Shown: positions 1 through 12,261 of the stretch, one piece after another
Position numbering within the stretch: position 1 is the stretch's first letter
How the letters are laid out: each line of letters opens with the position of its first letter
DNA from: Heterodontus francisci
Taxonomy: Eukaryota
NCBI RefSeq assembly: GCF_036365525.1
Contig: NW_027141174.1
Coordinates: forward strand, 7,440,001 to 7,504,000
Direction: 5' to 3'
DNA: 64,000 nt
Program-made: the position numbers and the translations under genes
Notes under the pieces: generated by a model
Seen by the model: the letters and a program-made list of their open reading frames with translations, nothing else
Told to the model about the DNA's origin: nothing
The model's database searches: none

Positions 1-200
1 GGGGAATTGAAAAGCAAATAAGAGAAGCAAAGAAAGAGCATGAAAAGAGACTGGCAGCTGGCATAAAAGGGAATCCTAAAATCATATATTGGCATAGAAG
101 TAGTAAGAGGGTGCTATAAGTTTGAAAAGGGCCAATGAGGATGAAAAGTGAGATTTAGACCTGGTGGCAGGAGGTAAAGCTGAGGTATTAAATTAGTTAA
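1..200 (+). mobile_element. CR1 LINE ORF2 fragment
   Basis: Translates to IREAKKEHEKRLAAGIKGNPK, the same segment as IRRARRGHEKSLADRIKENPK in the CR1 at 40165-41328. Confidence 0.75.
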
Positions 201-202
201 GG

Positions 203-400
203 CAATATTCTACAGATGCTGGAAATCTGAAATAAAAACAAGAAATGCTGGGAATACTCAGCAGGTCTGGCAGCATCTGTGGAGACAGAAACAGAGTTAA
301 TGTTTCAGGTCAGTGACCCCCCATGAGAAATGCAGTTCCGATGAAGGGTCACTGATCTGAAACGTTAACTCTGTTTTTCTCTCCACAGATGCTGCCAGAC
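203..400. mobile_element. Non-autonomous Penelope-derived palindromic element (tail-to-tail 3' ends)
   Basis: Inverted arms 265-319 and 346-400 (~55 bp, few mismatches). The sequence matches the end of the Penelope element at 54781-54876. Confidence 0.75.
334..370 (+). ncRNA. Degenerate minimal type I hammerhead ribozyme motif (Penelope-type)
   Basis: AGTT-CCGATGA-A-GGGTC-ACT-GATCT-GAAA-C-GTT-AACT gives stem I AGTT/AACT, a 5-bp stem II and a palindromic ACGT stem III. The core CUGAUGA is mutated to CCGAUGA. Confidence 0.55.
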
Positions 401-404
401 GATA

Positions 405-2870
405 AGAATTCATTTAAGACCTCGCTCATTTCCCGTGGCTCCACACACAGATTACCACAATGATCCTTAAGGGGACCTACTCTCTCCCGAGCTCCCCTTT
501 TTACTCTTTACATACAGAGAGTCTTTTAGGATTCTCCTTTATCTTATACGCCAGGGAAATCTCATGGCCCCTTTCCACCCTCCTAACCTGAAACATGCCT
601 CCTCCTTTGTCCTGAGGAGACCTCAATATCCCTCGTGAACCAAGGTTCCCTAAACTTGCCAGCCTTGCTCTTCAATCTAACAGGAACATGCCGGCAATGG
701 ACACTTCCAATCTCACTTTTAAAAGCCTCCCACTTGCCAGACGTCCCTTTACCTGTAAACAGCCTCTCCGATTGAACTTTTGAGAGTTCCTGTCTGATGC
801 CATCGAAATTAGCCTTCTCCCAATTAAGGACTTCAACTTGAGGAGCAGTCCCATACTTTTCCATTCCTATCTTGAAGCTATTAGAGTTATGGTCAATGGT
901 CCCAAAGTGCTCCCGCACTGACACATCAACCACGTACCTAGCCTCATTTCCTAAGAGGAGGTCGAGCGCAGCACCTTCGCTAACAGGGACATCTACATAC
1001 TGCTTCAGAAAACTATCCTGGACATATAACAAATTCTTCCCCATCTGATCGCTTAGCACTAAGGCAGTTCCAGTCAATATTAGGGAAGAATACATCACCT
1101 ACTATTACAACCTTATAATTCCTCCACCTATCTGTGATTTACCAAAATATATGTTCCTCCAATTACCTCTGACTATTGGGGGGCCTATAGTATAATCCCA
1201 TCAAAGTGATCACCCCTTTCTTATTTCTAAGTTTACCCATATGACCTCACTGGAATTTCCCCCCAGGATATCCTCCCTAAGGACTGCCGTGTTGTCCTCC
1301 CTAATCCTCTCTTACCTTCACTTCTGTCACGCTGGAAGTATCGGTAACCTGAACATTGAGCTGCCGGTCCAGCCCATCCCTCAACCACGTTTCTGTAATA
1401 GCTATAATATCACAATCCCATGAACCAATCCATGCTCTGAGTTTATCTGCCTTACCTGTAAGGCTTCCTGCATTAAAGTTAATGCGGTTTAGCCTACCAG
1501 ACCTTACACGCTCCCTGTCCTGCCCTTGCCCGGCCTGCCTACTGGACTTGCTTGCTTTAACCTCTCCATTTGCCTCAACTATCTCATCGGGGAGACTACT
1601 ACTTTGGGTCCTGCAAGACTAGTTTAACCCCTCCCGAGTCGTATTAGCAAACCTCCACGCAAGGATATTGGTCCCCTTCCAGTTTAGATGCAACCCGTCC
1701 TTCTTGTGCAGGTTACCTCTGCGCCAGAAGAGATCCCAATTATCTAAGCAGCTGAAGCCCTCCCGCCTGCACCAGCTCTTCTGCCACTCATTCATTTGCC
1801 GTTTCCTCCTATTCCTACCTTCAATATCATGTGACACAGGGAGTAATCCTGAGATTACAACCCTGGAGGTCCTTTTTTTAACCTTCTGCATAACTCCCTA
1901 TATTCACTTTGCAGGACCACCTCTCTCTTCCTACTTATGTCGGTAGTACCAATATGAACCACGACCTCTGGCTGCTCACCCTGCCCTTTCAGAATATCCT
2001 GCAGACACTCAGTGTGACATTCTTGACCCTCGCACTAGAGAGGCAACATACCATCCTGAAGCCACGTTTGCGGCCACAGAAACGCCTATCTGCACCCGTT
2101 ACGATAGAAACCCCCATCACTATAGCTCTTTCACCCGATTACTGCCCTGCTGTGCAGCAGAGCCATTTTTGTTGGCGCAAACCTGGCTGTTGCTGCCGTC
2201 CCCTAGGAGGTCAACTCCCCCAGCAGTATCCAAAGCCGTATATCTGTTTGAGAGGAAGATGACCACAGGGGACTCCTGCACTACCTGCCTGCGCCTAATA
2301 CTCTGTCTGGTGGTCACCCTTTCCTTTTCTGCCTGTGCAGCCATGACCTGCAGTGTGACCGCCTCATAAAAGGGCTATCTCTGACGTCCTCAGAATCGCG
2401 CATGTTCTGCAGTGATCCCACCCGTAGCTCCAGCTCGGTAATGCGGGTAGTCAGTAGCTGCAGATGGATGCATTTCCTGCACATATGGTCGTCAGGGAGA
2501 CTGGAAGCGTCCCTGATTTCCCACATAGCACAAGAGGAGCAGATCACGGGGCTGAGCTCTCCTGCCATGGCTTACCCTCAGATTAATTAGTTGCTCCCTT
2601 CAATTAAAAAAAAAATATTAATTACACTTGGGGCCTTGTTCTACCCATTCCAATCTAAAGTCCTTAATAAGCTAGACTGAATTAAAATAATACACTTTAG
2701 TAGCACTCACCTTATCACCAGAGGCTTTCTTTCAAAAAAAATGCTTTCCCCTTTTTTAAAAGATATTTAAATATACTTACAGCTGTGACTCCACCCAACC
2801 GATTACCTCTCGGCTTTCCTATGACGTCAGTGTTTATTTTCTTCTTGTTTTTTCCAAAACTCCTGCACGC
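405..2870 (-). mobile_element. CR1 LINE, 5' part (ORF1 zinc finger/esterase plus endonuclease), decayed
   Basis: ORF1 start MAGELSPVICSSCAMWEIRD..CRKC at 2568; esterase VVISGLLPV..DGLHLN (1619-1891); APE end LDLLLGNE..EHFGTIDHNS (583-1098). Confidence 0.9.
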
Positions 2871-2879
2871 TCGGTTCCC

Positions 2880-3135
2880 TGTCAGATAGCCAATCAGTGG
2901 ACCCTCATCCCTCGATTTGCAGTGACTGTTGCTCCTCTTTATGAACTACCTAATGGTGATGCTGACCAGTTTTAACCTGGTTGGACTGAAGATAGCACAG
3001 AAGCAGTAATACAATTGAAGAAAGCTGTCACCCAGGCCACGTGTATTATCCCAACTAACCCTGAAAAGACGTTCTACATGGAGGTGGGGACACAGAGAAA
3101 AGCCTGGATGCTGGCTTATGTCGAGAAAACCAGGA
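2880..3135 (+). mobile_element. Fragment of LTR-element/retroviral RT thumb-connection region
   Basis: With one frameshift it reads IPRFAVTVAPLYEL..WTEDSTEAVIQLKKAVTQATCIIPTNPEKTFYMEV. Confidence 0.55.
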
Positions 3136-3140
3136 GAAAC

Positions 3141-3440
3141 TACCTGCAGACAGGATCAGAGGCTGGCGGACCTTGACGGAAGCTGATCCAGAGTGGGACT
3201 GTAAAAAGAGAGGCGGGACTGAAGGCTCTCAAATACCTGCAGACAGGAGCAGCAGCTGGCTGACCTAGGTGGAAGATGATCCGGAGAACGACCTGAAAAA
3301 GTGAGCATGGGGCTCAAGACCCTCAGTTACCTGGAGACAGGAGTGGCAGCAAGGGGACCTGGATGGAAGCTGATCCAGAGCGGGCCCTGAAATAGAGAGC
3401 GCGGTGCTCGAAGCCCTCAAATACCTGAAGCCAGGGCCGG
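3141..3440 (+). repeat. Degenerate ~94-bp tandem repeat (~3.2 units) upstream of a CR1 ORF1
   Basis: TACCTG(C/G/A)AG-type unit start recurs at 3141, 3234, 3328 and 3422; GGAAG(C/A)TGATCC is present in the three full units. Confidence 0.7.
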
Positions 3441-4540
3441 CGGCTGTTAGGCTCTCTCTAGCTCTCTCTGTGCTGGCATGCGTTGAAACTCGAAAGGCTA
3501 AAACAATACTTAAAGTGACACCAAGGGGAATCTGCAAGGTGTTTGGTTGGGTAAGAAACTGCTGCTCGTGTATTGAAATAGCTGAAACAAGTGGAAAGTG
3601 ATAAGGTGAGTCCTATTGAAGTGTTGCTTTTTATTTAGTGTAATTTCTGAAAGACTGAGATTGCAGTAGTTAGTGTTTGGAGTAGAAGCAGGCCCCCAGT
3701 GTAATTAGTATTTTTTAATGAAGGGAGTAACTATGTAATCTAAGGGTAAGTCATGGCAGGGGAGCTGGCACCGGAGATATGCTCCTCAGGTGCTATGAGG
3801 GAAATTAGGGACGCTTCCAGTGTCCCTGCCGACCAAGTGTGCAGGACGTGTATCCATCTGCAGCTGCAGGCTGCTCGTATTACGGAAATGGAGCTGCGGG
3901 TGGATTTACTGTGGAGGATCCGTGATGCTGCAGACGTCATGGATTGCACGATTAAAGAGGTGGTCACACCGCATGTAATGGCTGCACAGGCAGAAAAGAG
4001 ATGGGTGACCACCAGTCGGAGGAGTCGGCGCAAATCAGGTAATGCAGGAGTCCCTTGTGGCCATCCCCCTCTCAAACAGGTATACCACTTTGGATACTGT
4101 TGCGGGGAATGGCCTCCAAGGGGAAATCAGCAACAGCCAGGTTTGTGGCACCCACAGATGGCTCTGCTGCACAGCAGGGCAGTAAAAGAAGTGGAAGAGC
4201 TATAGTGAAACGGGATTCTATCTTAAGGGGTACAGATCAGCGCTACTGTGGCCGTAAAAGTGACTTCAGGATGGTACATTGCCTCCCTGGTTTTAGAGCC
4301 AAGGATGTCTCGCAGCGGCTGCAGGAAATTCCCGTTAAGGTGAAGGGTAGGCACAACAAGTCCAGATAAGCCTGGATGTCACGGGATATCGAGTATTGGA
4401 TCAGGGAAAAGGCGGCTTATGGCAGTTTCGGAGTGCTTAAAAGAGCAGAGGCACGAGAGGAGTATTGAAAGTGTAGTGGGGTACTTAAAAAAGTAATTTG
4501 GAGAGCGAAGAGGGGACATGAAAAGGCATTGGCGTGCACT

Positions 4541-4891
4541 ATTTATTTATTTTTTATATTTATAGATACAGCACTGAAACAGGCCCTTCGGCCCAACAAG
4601 TCTGTGCCAACCATTAACCACCCATTTCTACTAATCCTACACTAATCCCATATTCCTGCCACATCCCCACCTGTCCCTATATTCCACGACCAACTACCTA
4701 TACGAGGGGCAATTTATAATGGCCAAATTACCTATCAACCTGCACGTCTTTGGCTGTGGGAGGAAACCAGAGCATACGGCGAAAACCCACGCAGACACAG
4801 GGAGAACTTGCAAACTCCGCACAGGCAGTACCCAGAATTGAACCTGGAGCTGTGAGGCTGTGGTGCTAACCACTGCACCACTGTGCCGCCC
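4541..4891 (-). mobile_element. HE1/V-type tRNA-derived SINE, full length
   Basis: Minus strand begins GGGCGGCACAGTGGTGCAGTGGTTAGCAC (A box), then GGTTCAATTC (B box), V-domain GCGTGGGTTTTC..GGTTTCCTCCCAC, CR1-type tail GGGCCGAAGGGCCTGTTTC and (TAAA)n. Confidence 0.9.
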
Positions 4892-5423
4892 ACAAGGTAA
4901 AGGAAAATCCTAAGGCGTTTGAAAGTATATTAAGGGCAACCGGATAACCAGGGGCAGAATAAGGCCCATTATGGACCAAAGTGGCAATCTGTGTGTGGAG
5001 CCGGAGGACAAAAGTGAGGTTTTAAATGATTGATTTCCAACTGTGTTAACTATGGAGATGGCCGATGCACGTGTAGAGATCAGGGAGGGGGGTTGCAATA
5101 TACCTGAACATATTTGCATTAAAAGGGAGGAGGTATTAGCTGTTTTAGCGGGATAAAAGTGGATACATCCCCAGCCCCAGATGATATGTATCCCAGGCTG
5201 TTATGTCAGGCAGGAGAGGAGATAGCAGGGGCTCTGACACAAATTTCCATATCTTCTCTGGCCACGGGAGAGGTGCCGGAGGACTGGAGGAGAGCGGATG
5301 TGGGACCATTGTTCAAGAAGGACAGGCTAGACCAGGTAATTACAGGCCTGTGAGTCTACTATCAGTGCTTGGGAAACTATCAGCAAAAACATCTGAGTGA
5401 CAGGATTAATCTCCACTTGGAGA

Positions 5424-7385
5424 CAACAAAGAACTAAGAACAGCAAAGCACAGGAACAAGCCATTCGGCCCTCCAAGCCTGCGCCGATCTTGATGATTGC
5501 TTAAACTAACACCTTCAGCATTTCCGGGGCCCATATCCCTCTATTCCCATCCTATTCATATATTTCTCAAGATGTCTCTTAAACGTCGCTATCGTATCTG
5601 CTTCCACCACCTCCCCTGGCAGCAAGATCCAGGCACTCACCACCCTCTGTGTAAAAAACCTGCCTCGCACATCCCCTCTAAACTTTGCCCCTCGCACCTT
5701 AAACCTATGTCCCCTAGTAACTGACTCTTACACCCTGGGAAAAAGCTTCTGACTATCCACTCTGTCCATGCCGCTCATAACTTTGCAGACCTCTATCATG
5801 TCGCCCCTCCTCCTCCGTCATTCCAGTGAAAACAATCCGAGTTTATCCAACCTCTGCTCATAGCTAATGCCCTCCAGACCAGGCAACACCTTGGTAAACC
5901 TCCTCTGTACCCTCTCCAAAGCCTCCACGTTCTTCTGGTCGTGTGGTGACCAGAACTGCACGCAATATTCTAAGTGTGGCCGAACTAAGGTTCTGTACAG
6001 CTGAAACTTGCCATTTTTTATTTTCTATGCTGCAACCGATGAAGGCAAGCATGCTGTATGCCTTCTAGACTACCTTATCCACCTGCGTTGCCAGTTTCAG
6101 TGACCTGTGGACTAGTACGCCCAGATCTCTTTGCCTGTCAATACTCCTGAGGGTTCTGCCATTTACTGTATACCTCCCACGTGCATCAGACCTCCCAAAA
6201 TGCATTACCTCACATTTGTCCAGATTAAACTCCATCTGCCATTTCTCCGCCCAAGTCTCCAACAGATCTATATCCTGTTGTATCCTCTGACAATCCTCAT
6301 CATTATCCGCAACTCCACCAACCTTTGTGTCGTCCGCAAACTTACTCATCAGACCGGCTGCATTTTCCTCCAAATCATTTATATATACTGCAAACAGCAA
6401 AGGCCCCAGCACTGATCCCTGTGGAACACCACTAGTCACATCCCTCCATTCAGAACAACACCCATCCACTGATACCCTCTGTCTTCTATGACCGAGCCAG
6501 TTCTGTATCCCTCTTGCCAGCTCACCTCTGATCCCGTGTGACTTCACCTTTTGTACCAGTCTGCCATGCAGGACCTTGTCAAAGGCTTTACTAAAGTCCA
6601 TATAGATAACATCCACTGCCCTTCCTGCATCAATCATCTTCGTCACTTCCTCAAAAAACTCAATCAAGTTAGTAAGACACGACCTCCCCTTCACAAAGCC
6701 ATGCTGTCTCTCGCTAAGAACTTCGTTTGTTTCCAAATGGGAGTAAATCCTGTCCCGAAGAATCCTCTCTAATAGTTTCCCTACCACTGACGTAAGGCTC
6801 ACCGGCCTATATTTTCCTGGATTATCCTTACCACCCTTTTTAAACAAAGGCACAGCATTGGCTATTCTCCAGTCCTCTGGGACCTCACCTGTAGCCAATG
6901 AGGATGCAAAGATTTCTTTCAAGGCCCCAGCAATTTCTTCCCCTGCCTCCCTCAGTATTCTGGGATATATCCCATCAGGCCCTGGGGACGTATCTACCTT
7001 AATGCTTTGCAAGGCACCCAACATCTCCTCCTTTTTGATAATGGGATGCCTGAGACTATCTGCACTCCCTTCCCGAGGCTCATCATCCACCAAATCCTTC
7101 TCTTTGGTGAATACTGATGCAAAGTACACATTTTGCAGCTCGCCCATTTCCTCTGGTTCCACAAATAGATTCTCATCTCTGTCATTGAGTGGGCCAACCC
7201 TTTCCCTGGTTACCCTCTTGCTCTTTATATGTGTATAAAAAGCCTTGGGATTTTCCTTAATCCTATTTGCCAATGACTTTTCATGACCCCTTTTAGCCCT
7301 CCTAACTCCTTGCTAAAGTTCCTACCTACTGTCTTTATATTCCTCAAGTGCTTCATCTGTTCCTAGCCTTCCAGCCCTTACAAAT
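5424..7385 (-). mobile_element. 5'-truncated CR1 LINE (402-aa RT ORF 6065-7273)
   Basis: YMDFSKAFDKV, GVPQGSVLGPLLF and KFADDTK motifs; (TTCTTTG)-type tail at ~5424-5440. Same young subfamily as 21700-24171. Confidence 0.95.
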
Positions 7386-8702
7386 GCAGGGATTAATCAG
7401 GGATAGTCATCACTGCTTTGCCAGGGGGAGATCATGTTTAACTAACTTGATTGATTTTTGGAGGCAGTGATTAGATGTGTAGATGAGGGTAAAGCAGTTT
7501 GTGTGGTATTAATGGACTTCAGTAAGGTTTTTGATAAGGTCCCGCATGGGGCCTCCTAAGAATGTAAGAGCCCATGGGATCCAGGGCAATTTGGCAAATT
7601 GGATTCAAAATTAGCTTCGTGGCAGGAGATAGAGGTTAATGGTCGAGGGTTGTTTTTGCGAGTGGAAGCCTGTAACCAATGATGGACCACAGGCATCAGT
7701 ACTGGGACACTTGCTGTTTGTAGTGTACATTAATCATTTCGATGTGAAGATAGGAGGTATGTTAAGTAAGCATGCGGATGACATGAAAATTGATGGTGGT
7801 GTAAATGCTGAAGAGGAACGCCTTAGATTATAGGACGATATAGATGGGCTGTTAAGATGGGCAGAGCAGTGTCAAATAAAATTTAATCCTGACAAATGTG
7901 AGGTGGTGCATTCTACGAGAAAGGACAAGGCATAGAAATATACCATAGGTGGTAGGACCATAGGAAATACAGAAGGTCAGAGCAACTTTGGTGTACTTGT
8001 CCATAAATCACTGAAGGCAGCAGCACAGGTAGATCAGGTGCTTCAGAAGGCATGTGGGATACTTGCCTTTATTAGCCGAGGCATAGAATATAACAGCAGG
8101 GAGGTTATGATGGAGCTGTATAAAACGCTAGTTAGGCCAAAACTGGAGTACTGTGTCAGTTCTGGGTACCACACTATTGGAAGGAAATGATTGCACTGGA
8201 GAGGATGCAGAGGAGATTCACCAGAATGTTGTCAGGGCTGGAGCATTCAGCTATGAAGAGAGACTGAAAAAGCAAGGGTTGTTTTGCTTCGAGCAGAGAA
8301 GGCTGAGGTGGAACACGATTGAGGTATACAAAATTATGAGGGGCATTGATAGGTTAGATGGGAATATCCTTTTTTTCCCCTTATTGGAGGGATCAGTAAC
8401 CAGGAGACATTGATTTTAGGTAAGGGGCAGGAGGTTTAGAGGGGATTTGATGAAAAACTCTTCACCCAGTGGGTGGTTGGAATCTGGAACGCACTGCCTT
8501 AAGAGGTGGTAGAGGCAGGAATCTTCACATCATTTAAGAGGTATTTGGATGAGCACTTGAAACGTCATAGCATTTAAGGCTACGGGCCATGTGCTGGAAA
8601 ATGGGATTAGAATAGTTAGGTGCTTGATGGCCGGCACAGGCACGAGGGGCCGAAGGGTCTGTTTCTGTGCTGTATATCTCTATGACTCTGTGACTCTATG
8701 AC

Positions 8703-8985
8703 CTTATCAAATGCATGCTGGAACTCTAAGTACAGTATCTCCACCGATTCCACTCTATCCACAACACATGTTACTTCTTGAAAGGCCTCCAATAAATTGT
8801 TAAGCATTATTTACCTTTCATACAACCATGTTGACTCTGCCTGATTATCTTGAATTTTTCTAAGTGCTTGCTATAACGTCTTTAATAATACTTCTGACAT
8901 TTTCCTCAAGACAAATATGAAGTTAACTGGCCTGTAGTTTCCTGCTTTCTGTCCCTCTCCCTTTTTGAGTAAATGAATTGCATCG
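8703..8985 (-). mobile_element. CR1 RT fragment
   Basis: NNLLEAFQEVT..LYLEFQHAFDKV. Confidence 0.8.
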
Positions 8986-9720
8986 GCAATAAAGGAGTTA
9001 CCTATAGAGTGATGTCACTTCTGACTGGTTAAAAGCCCGATCTGTTGAAAAGTTGTGTAATGTAGCTGGACAGTTAGGCATTACTCTCCATGTAAACATT
9101 AGGAAACTCGAAATCCTAAGACTTGCGGCCAGCCATTTTTCACTTGAAGCTGAAGACCCAAACAGGGAAACAGATAGAGTAATGTTAGATAAGGTAAACT
9201 AGAACAGAAGAGAGCAGAATTAGAATTCCAGAGGGGTCGAGAAAGGGCAGAGTGAGTGTCAAGAAAGGGAAAAAGAAAGGGTGTTCCGGAAGGAGAAGCA
9301 GGAAAGGGAGTGAAGGTAGCTCAAACAACTAGAGGAAAACCCAATACATCCAGTAAAGGCGCAGCTAGTGAGTCAGTTACTCCTAGCTCAGGATCGTGTG
9401 CTGAGATGTTAAAGTTCTCCCAGTTCATTCCAAAGCTCACTGAGGAGGATGTGGCAGAATTTTATGTCACTTTTGAAAAGCTTGCAATGTAGCTGAAATA
9501 GCTGGCAGAGAGCTGGATTCTGTTTTGGCAAAGCAAAGTAACAGGGAAAGCCCATAAGATTTATTCACTGTTTCCAAATGAAAGTTCATCAGATTATGAG
9601 ATGACTTAAAATTCTATTCTGGGCCCATATGAGATCGTACTGGAGGCATATTGCCAAAATTTCCGAACCCTCCGAAAGCGGCCTGGCCAAACGTACCTTG
9701 AATTTGAAAGAGTTAAGCAG

Positions 9721-12261
9721 GTTAGGAACATCAGAGGAGGATCAGGCCATTCAGCCCATCGAACCTGCTCCACCATTCAATATTATCATGGCTGATCATC
9801 CACTTCAATGCTTTTTTTGCCCACATTATCCCCATCTCCCTTTATGTCACTGGTATTTAGAAATATGGCAACCAATGCTACAAACATTCTCAATGGCCGA
9901 GCTTCCACAGCCCTGTGGGATAGACAGTTTCAAAAGATTTACAACCCTCTGAGTAAAGAAATTTCTCTTCATCTCTTTCCTAAATGTCTTCTCTCTTATT
10001 TTGAAAACGTGTCTCCTCTTTCCATACTCCCCAATGTGGAAAAAATATGAACAGCTTACTTGCATCTACCCTGTCTATCCCTTTAAGTATTGCGTAGGTT
10101 TCCAATGAGAGCACCTCTGATTCTTCGAAACTCTCGAGAATACAGGCCCAGTTTACCAAATCTCTCTTCACAGGACTGTTCTCTTATCCTGGGTACAAGT
10201 GAACTTTCTTCACAGTCCCTCAATGGCAATGATATCCTTCTTAAGATAAGAGGACCAAATCTGCACATAACATTGCAGGAGTGGTCTAACCATTTTTCTA
10301 TATAATTAACGCAGTACTTGGCTACTCCTGTACTCAAATCCTCTGTGGCGAATGCCAACATACCATTCGCCTTCCTAAATGCTTGCTGCACCTGCATGTT
10401 CGCTTTTAGCGACTTATTGAGGAGGACACCCAGGTGCCTTTGTACATCTACACTTTCTAATCTCTCACAATTTAAGAAATGCTCTGCACACCTAGCAAAG
10501 TGGATAACCACATATTTTTCCGGACTATATTCCATCTGTCATGTTCTTGCTCACTCATTGGGCTATAATTTAGAGTCGGCGGACGGGAATTCGCCACCAA
10601 CATAAAGATCGGTGGCGAACCCACTTCTACCTAACCCAGGGATGCGTCCTGTATTTTACGGCTCCTCTGTCTTTAAGTGTCCCGAAGCAGGACTTCCAGC
10701 TGCTTGAGCGAGGAACTCACGCCTCATTGAGCTGCCAGTCGATCAGCAGGCGTGGTGGCCACTGCTGAGACTGCAGTCAGCCGACCATATGGAGCCATGC
10801 ATCAAAATAAATTGGACTTGACTCACCAGGGAGATCGGTCCTTCCCTAGTGAGGCTGGAGTTGTCGTTCGGGGCCGCCTTGGGTCCCGGGATGGGTTGGG
10901 AGTCGGGGGCGGCCCTTAATCGGGAACCTTGTGCCTGACTTCCGTGGCTACCCCCGCCCCATCTACACTGCGGCTCGCGGAAAAGCCGGCTATCGCCGCT
11001 TGCCAGGGGTTAAATACCCAACTATGCGGGTGAGAGCTCTTAAAAGGCCTTTAAGTGGCCACTTAACGGCCTTCATTGGTCTCGGGCGGTTGAGACGTTT
11101 CTCACCCCCCCCACACCCCCAACCGCCCGACCGCCGTAAAGTTGACCGGAGGCGAGAGCAGGGCAGTTAGGCCTCCTGGACGCTCCCGCTCAATTTTATG
11201 CCACATCCATTTCACCATGCGACTTGCTGGGACAGCATAAAATTCAGCCCATTATGTCCGTCTAACTCCCCTTGAAGCCACTTTGCATTTTCCTCACAGC
11301 ACAGATTCCTACCTAGTTTTGAGTTATCCGCGAACTTGGAAATATTACATTGGTGCCCACATTCAAATCATTGATATATATTGTGAACAGCTGATGCCCA
11401 AGCACTGATCCCTGCGGTACCTCACTCGTCTCAGCCTGCCAATGGGAATGACACGTTTATTCCTACTCTCTGCTTTCTGCCCGTTAATCAATGCTTAATA
11501 CATGTCAGGATATTACATCCAATCCCATGTGCTTTAGTTTTGCTAACGAAGTTACTGTGAGGGACTTTATCAAAAGTCTTCTGAAAACCCAAGTATAGTG
11601 CATCCACCAACTCCCCTTTATCAATTATGTTAGAGACATCTTCAAAAAACTCCAACAGATTTGTCAAACATGATTTCCCATTCATAAATCCATGTTGACT
11701 ATACCCAATTGGGTCATTATTATCAACTTGCCTGTTTATCACATCCTTCAGAAATTATTCTATCAATTTCACTACTACTAGTGCAATTCCACCAGGGCTT
11801 TAGGTCTCGCTTTTCTCCCCCCCTCCATTCATAAAGAGTGGGGTGATATTTGCGACATTCCAATCTGCAGGAACCCCTGAAGAGTCTGTAGACTTTTGGA
11901 AGATGATCACCAATGCTTCTACTATCTCCATAACTACCTCTTTAAACATTCTGAGATATAGAATATCACCTCCTGGGGACCTATCAACCTTTAACCCCAT
12001 TAATGTCTCCAATACAACATTCTACCAATACTAAAATCCTTAATTTCTTCATTCTCCCTAGCCCCTTTGATCTCTAATTCTTGGAGATTTTTTGTTTCTT
12101 CCTGTGAGAAGACAGACATAAAATAAACATTTAGCTTCTCTGTCATTGCTCTATTCCCCATTATAAATTCTCCTGACTCTGCCTGTAATGGACCCACATT
12201 TGCCTTAGCCAAATGTTTCCTGTTTACATACCGATAGAAGCTTTTACAGTCCATTTCTATG
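9721..12261 (-). mobile_element. 5'-truncated CR1 LINE inserted in gypsy gag
   Basis: SQHGFMNGKSCLTNLLEFFE and RNFFTQRVV motifs. The gag frame is continuous when this block is removed. Confidence 0.85.
10560..11250. mobile_element. GC-rich MITE, probably PIF/Harbinger-group
   Basis: Imperfect TIRs GGGCTATAATTTA...TAAAATTCAGCCC; 3-bp TSD ATT at 10557-59 and 11251-53. It interrupts a CR1. Confidence 0.7.

Larger units (their letters stand above)
3600..8702 (+). mobile_element. CR1 LINE, internally deleted/composite, interrupted by a SINE and another CR1
   Basis: ORF1 MAGELAPEICSSG at 3753 is truncated near 4335 and joined to ORF2. RT pieces lie at 4900-5423 and 7386-8600, continuous across the insertion. 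3' tail (CTATGACT)n at 8678-8702. Confidence 0.85.

Noticed and set aside
4541-4891. tRNA genes (also 53460-53556 and 62416-62490)
   Set aside because: A/B boxes run into SINE bodies and LINE-derived tails; there is no complete cloverleaf.
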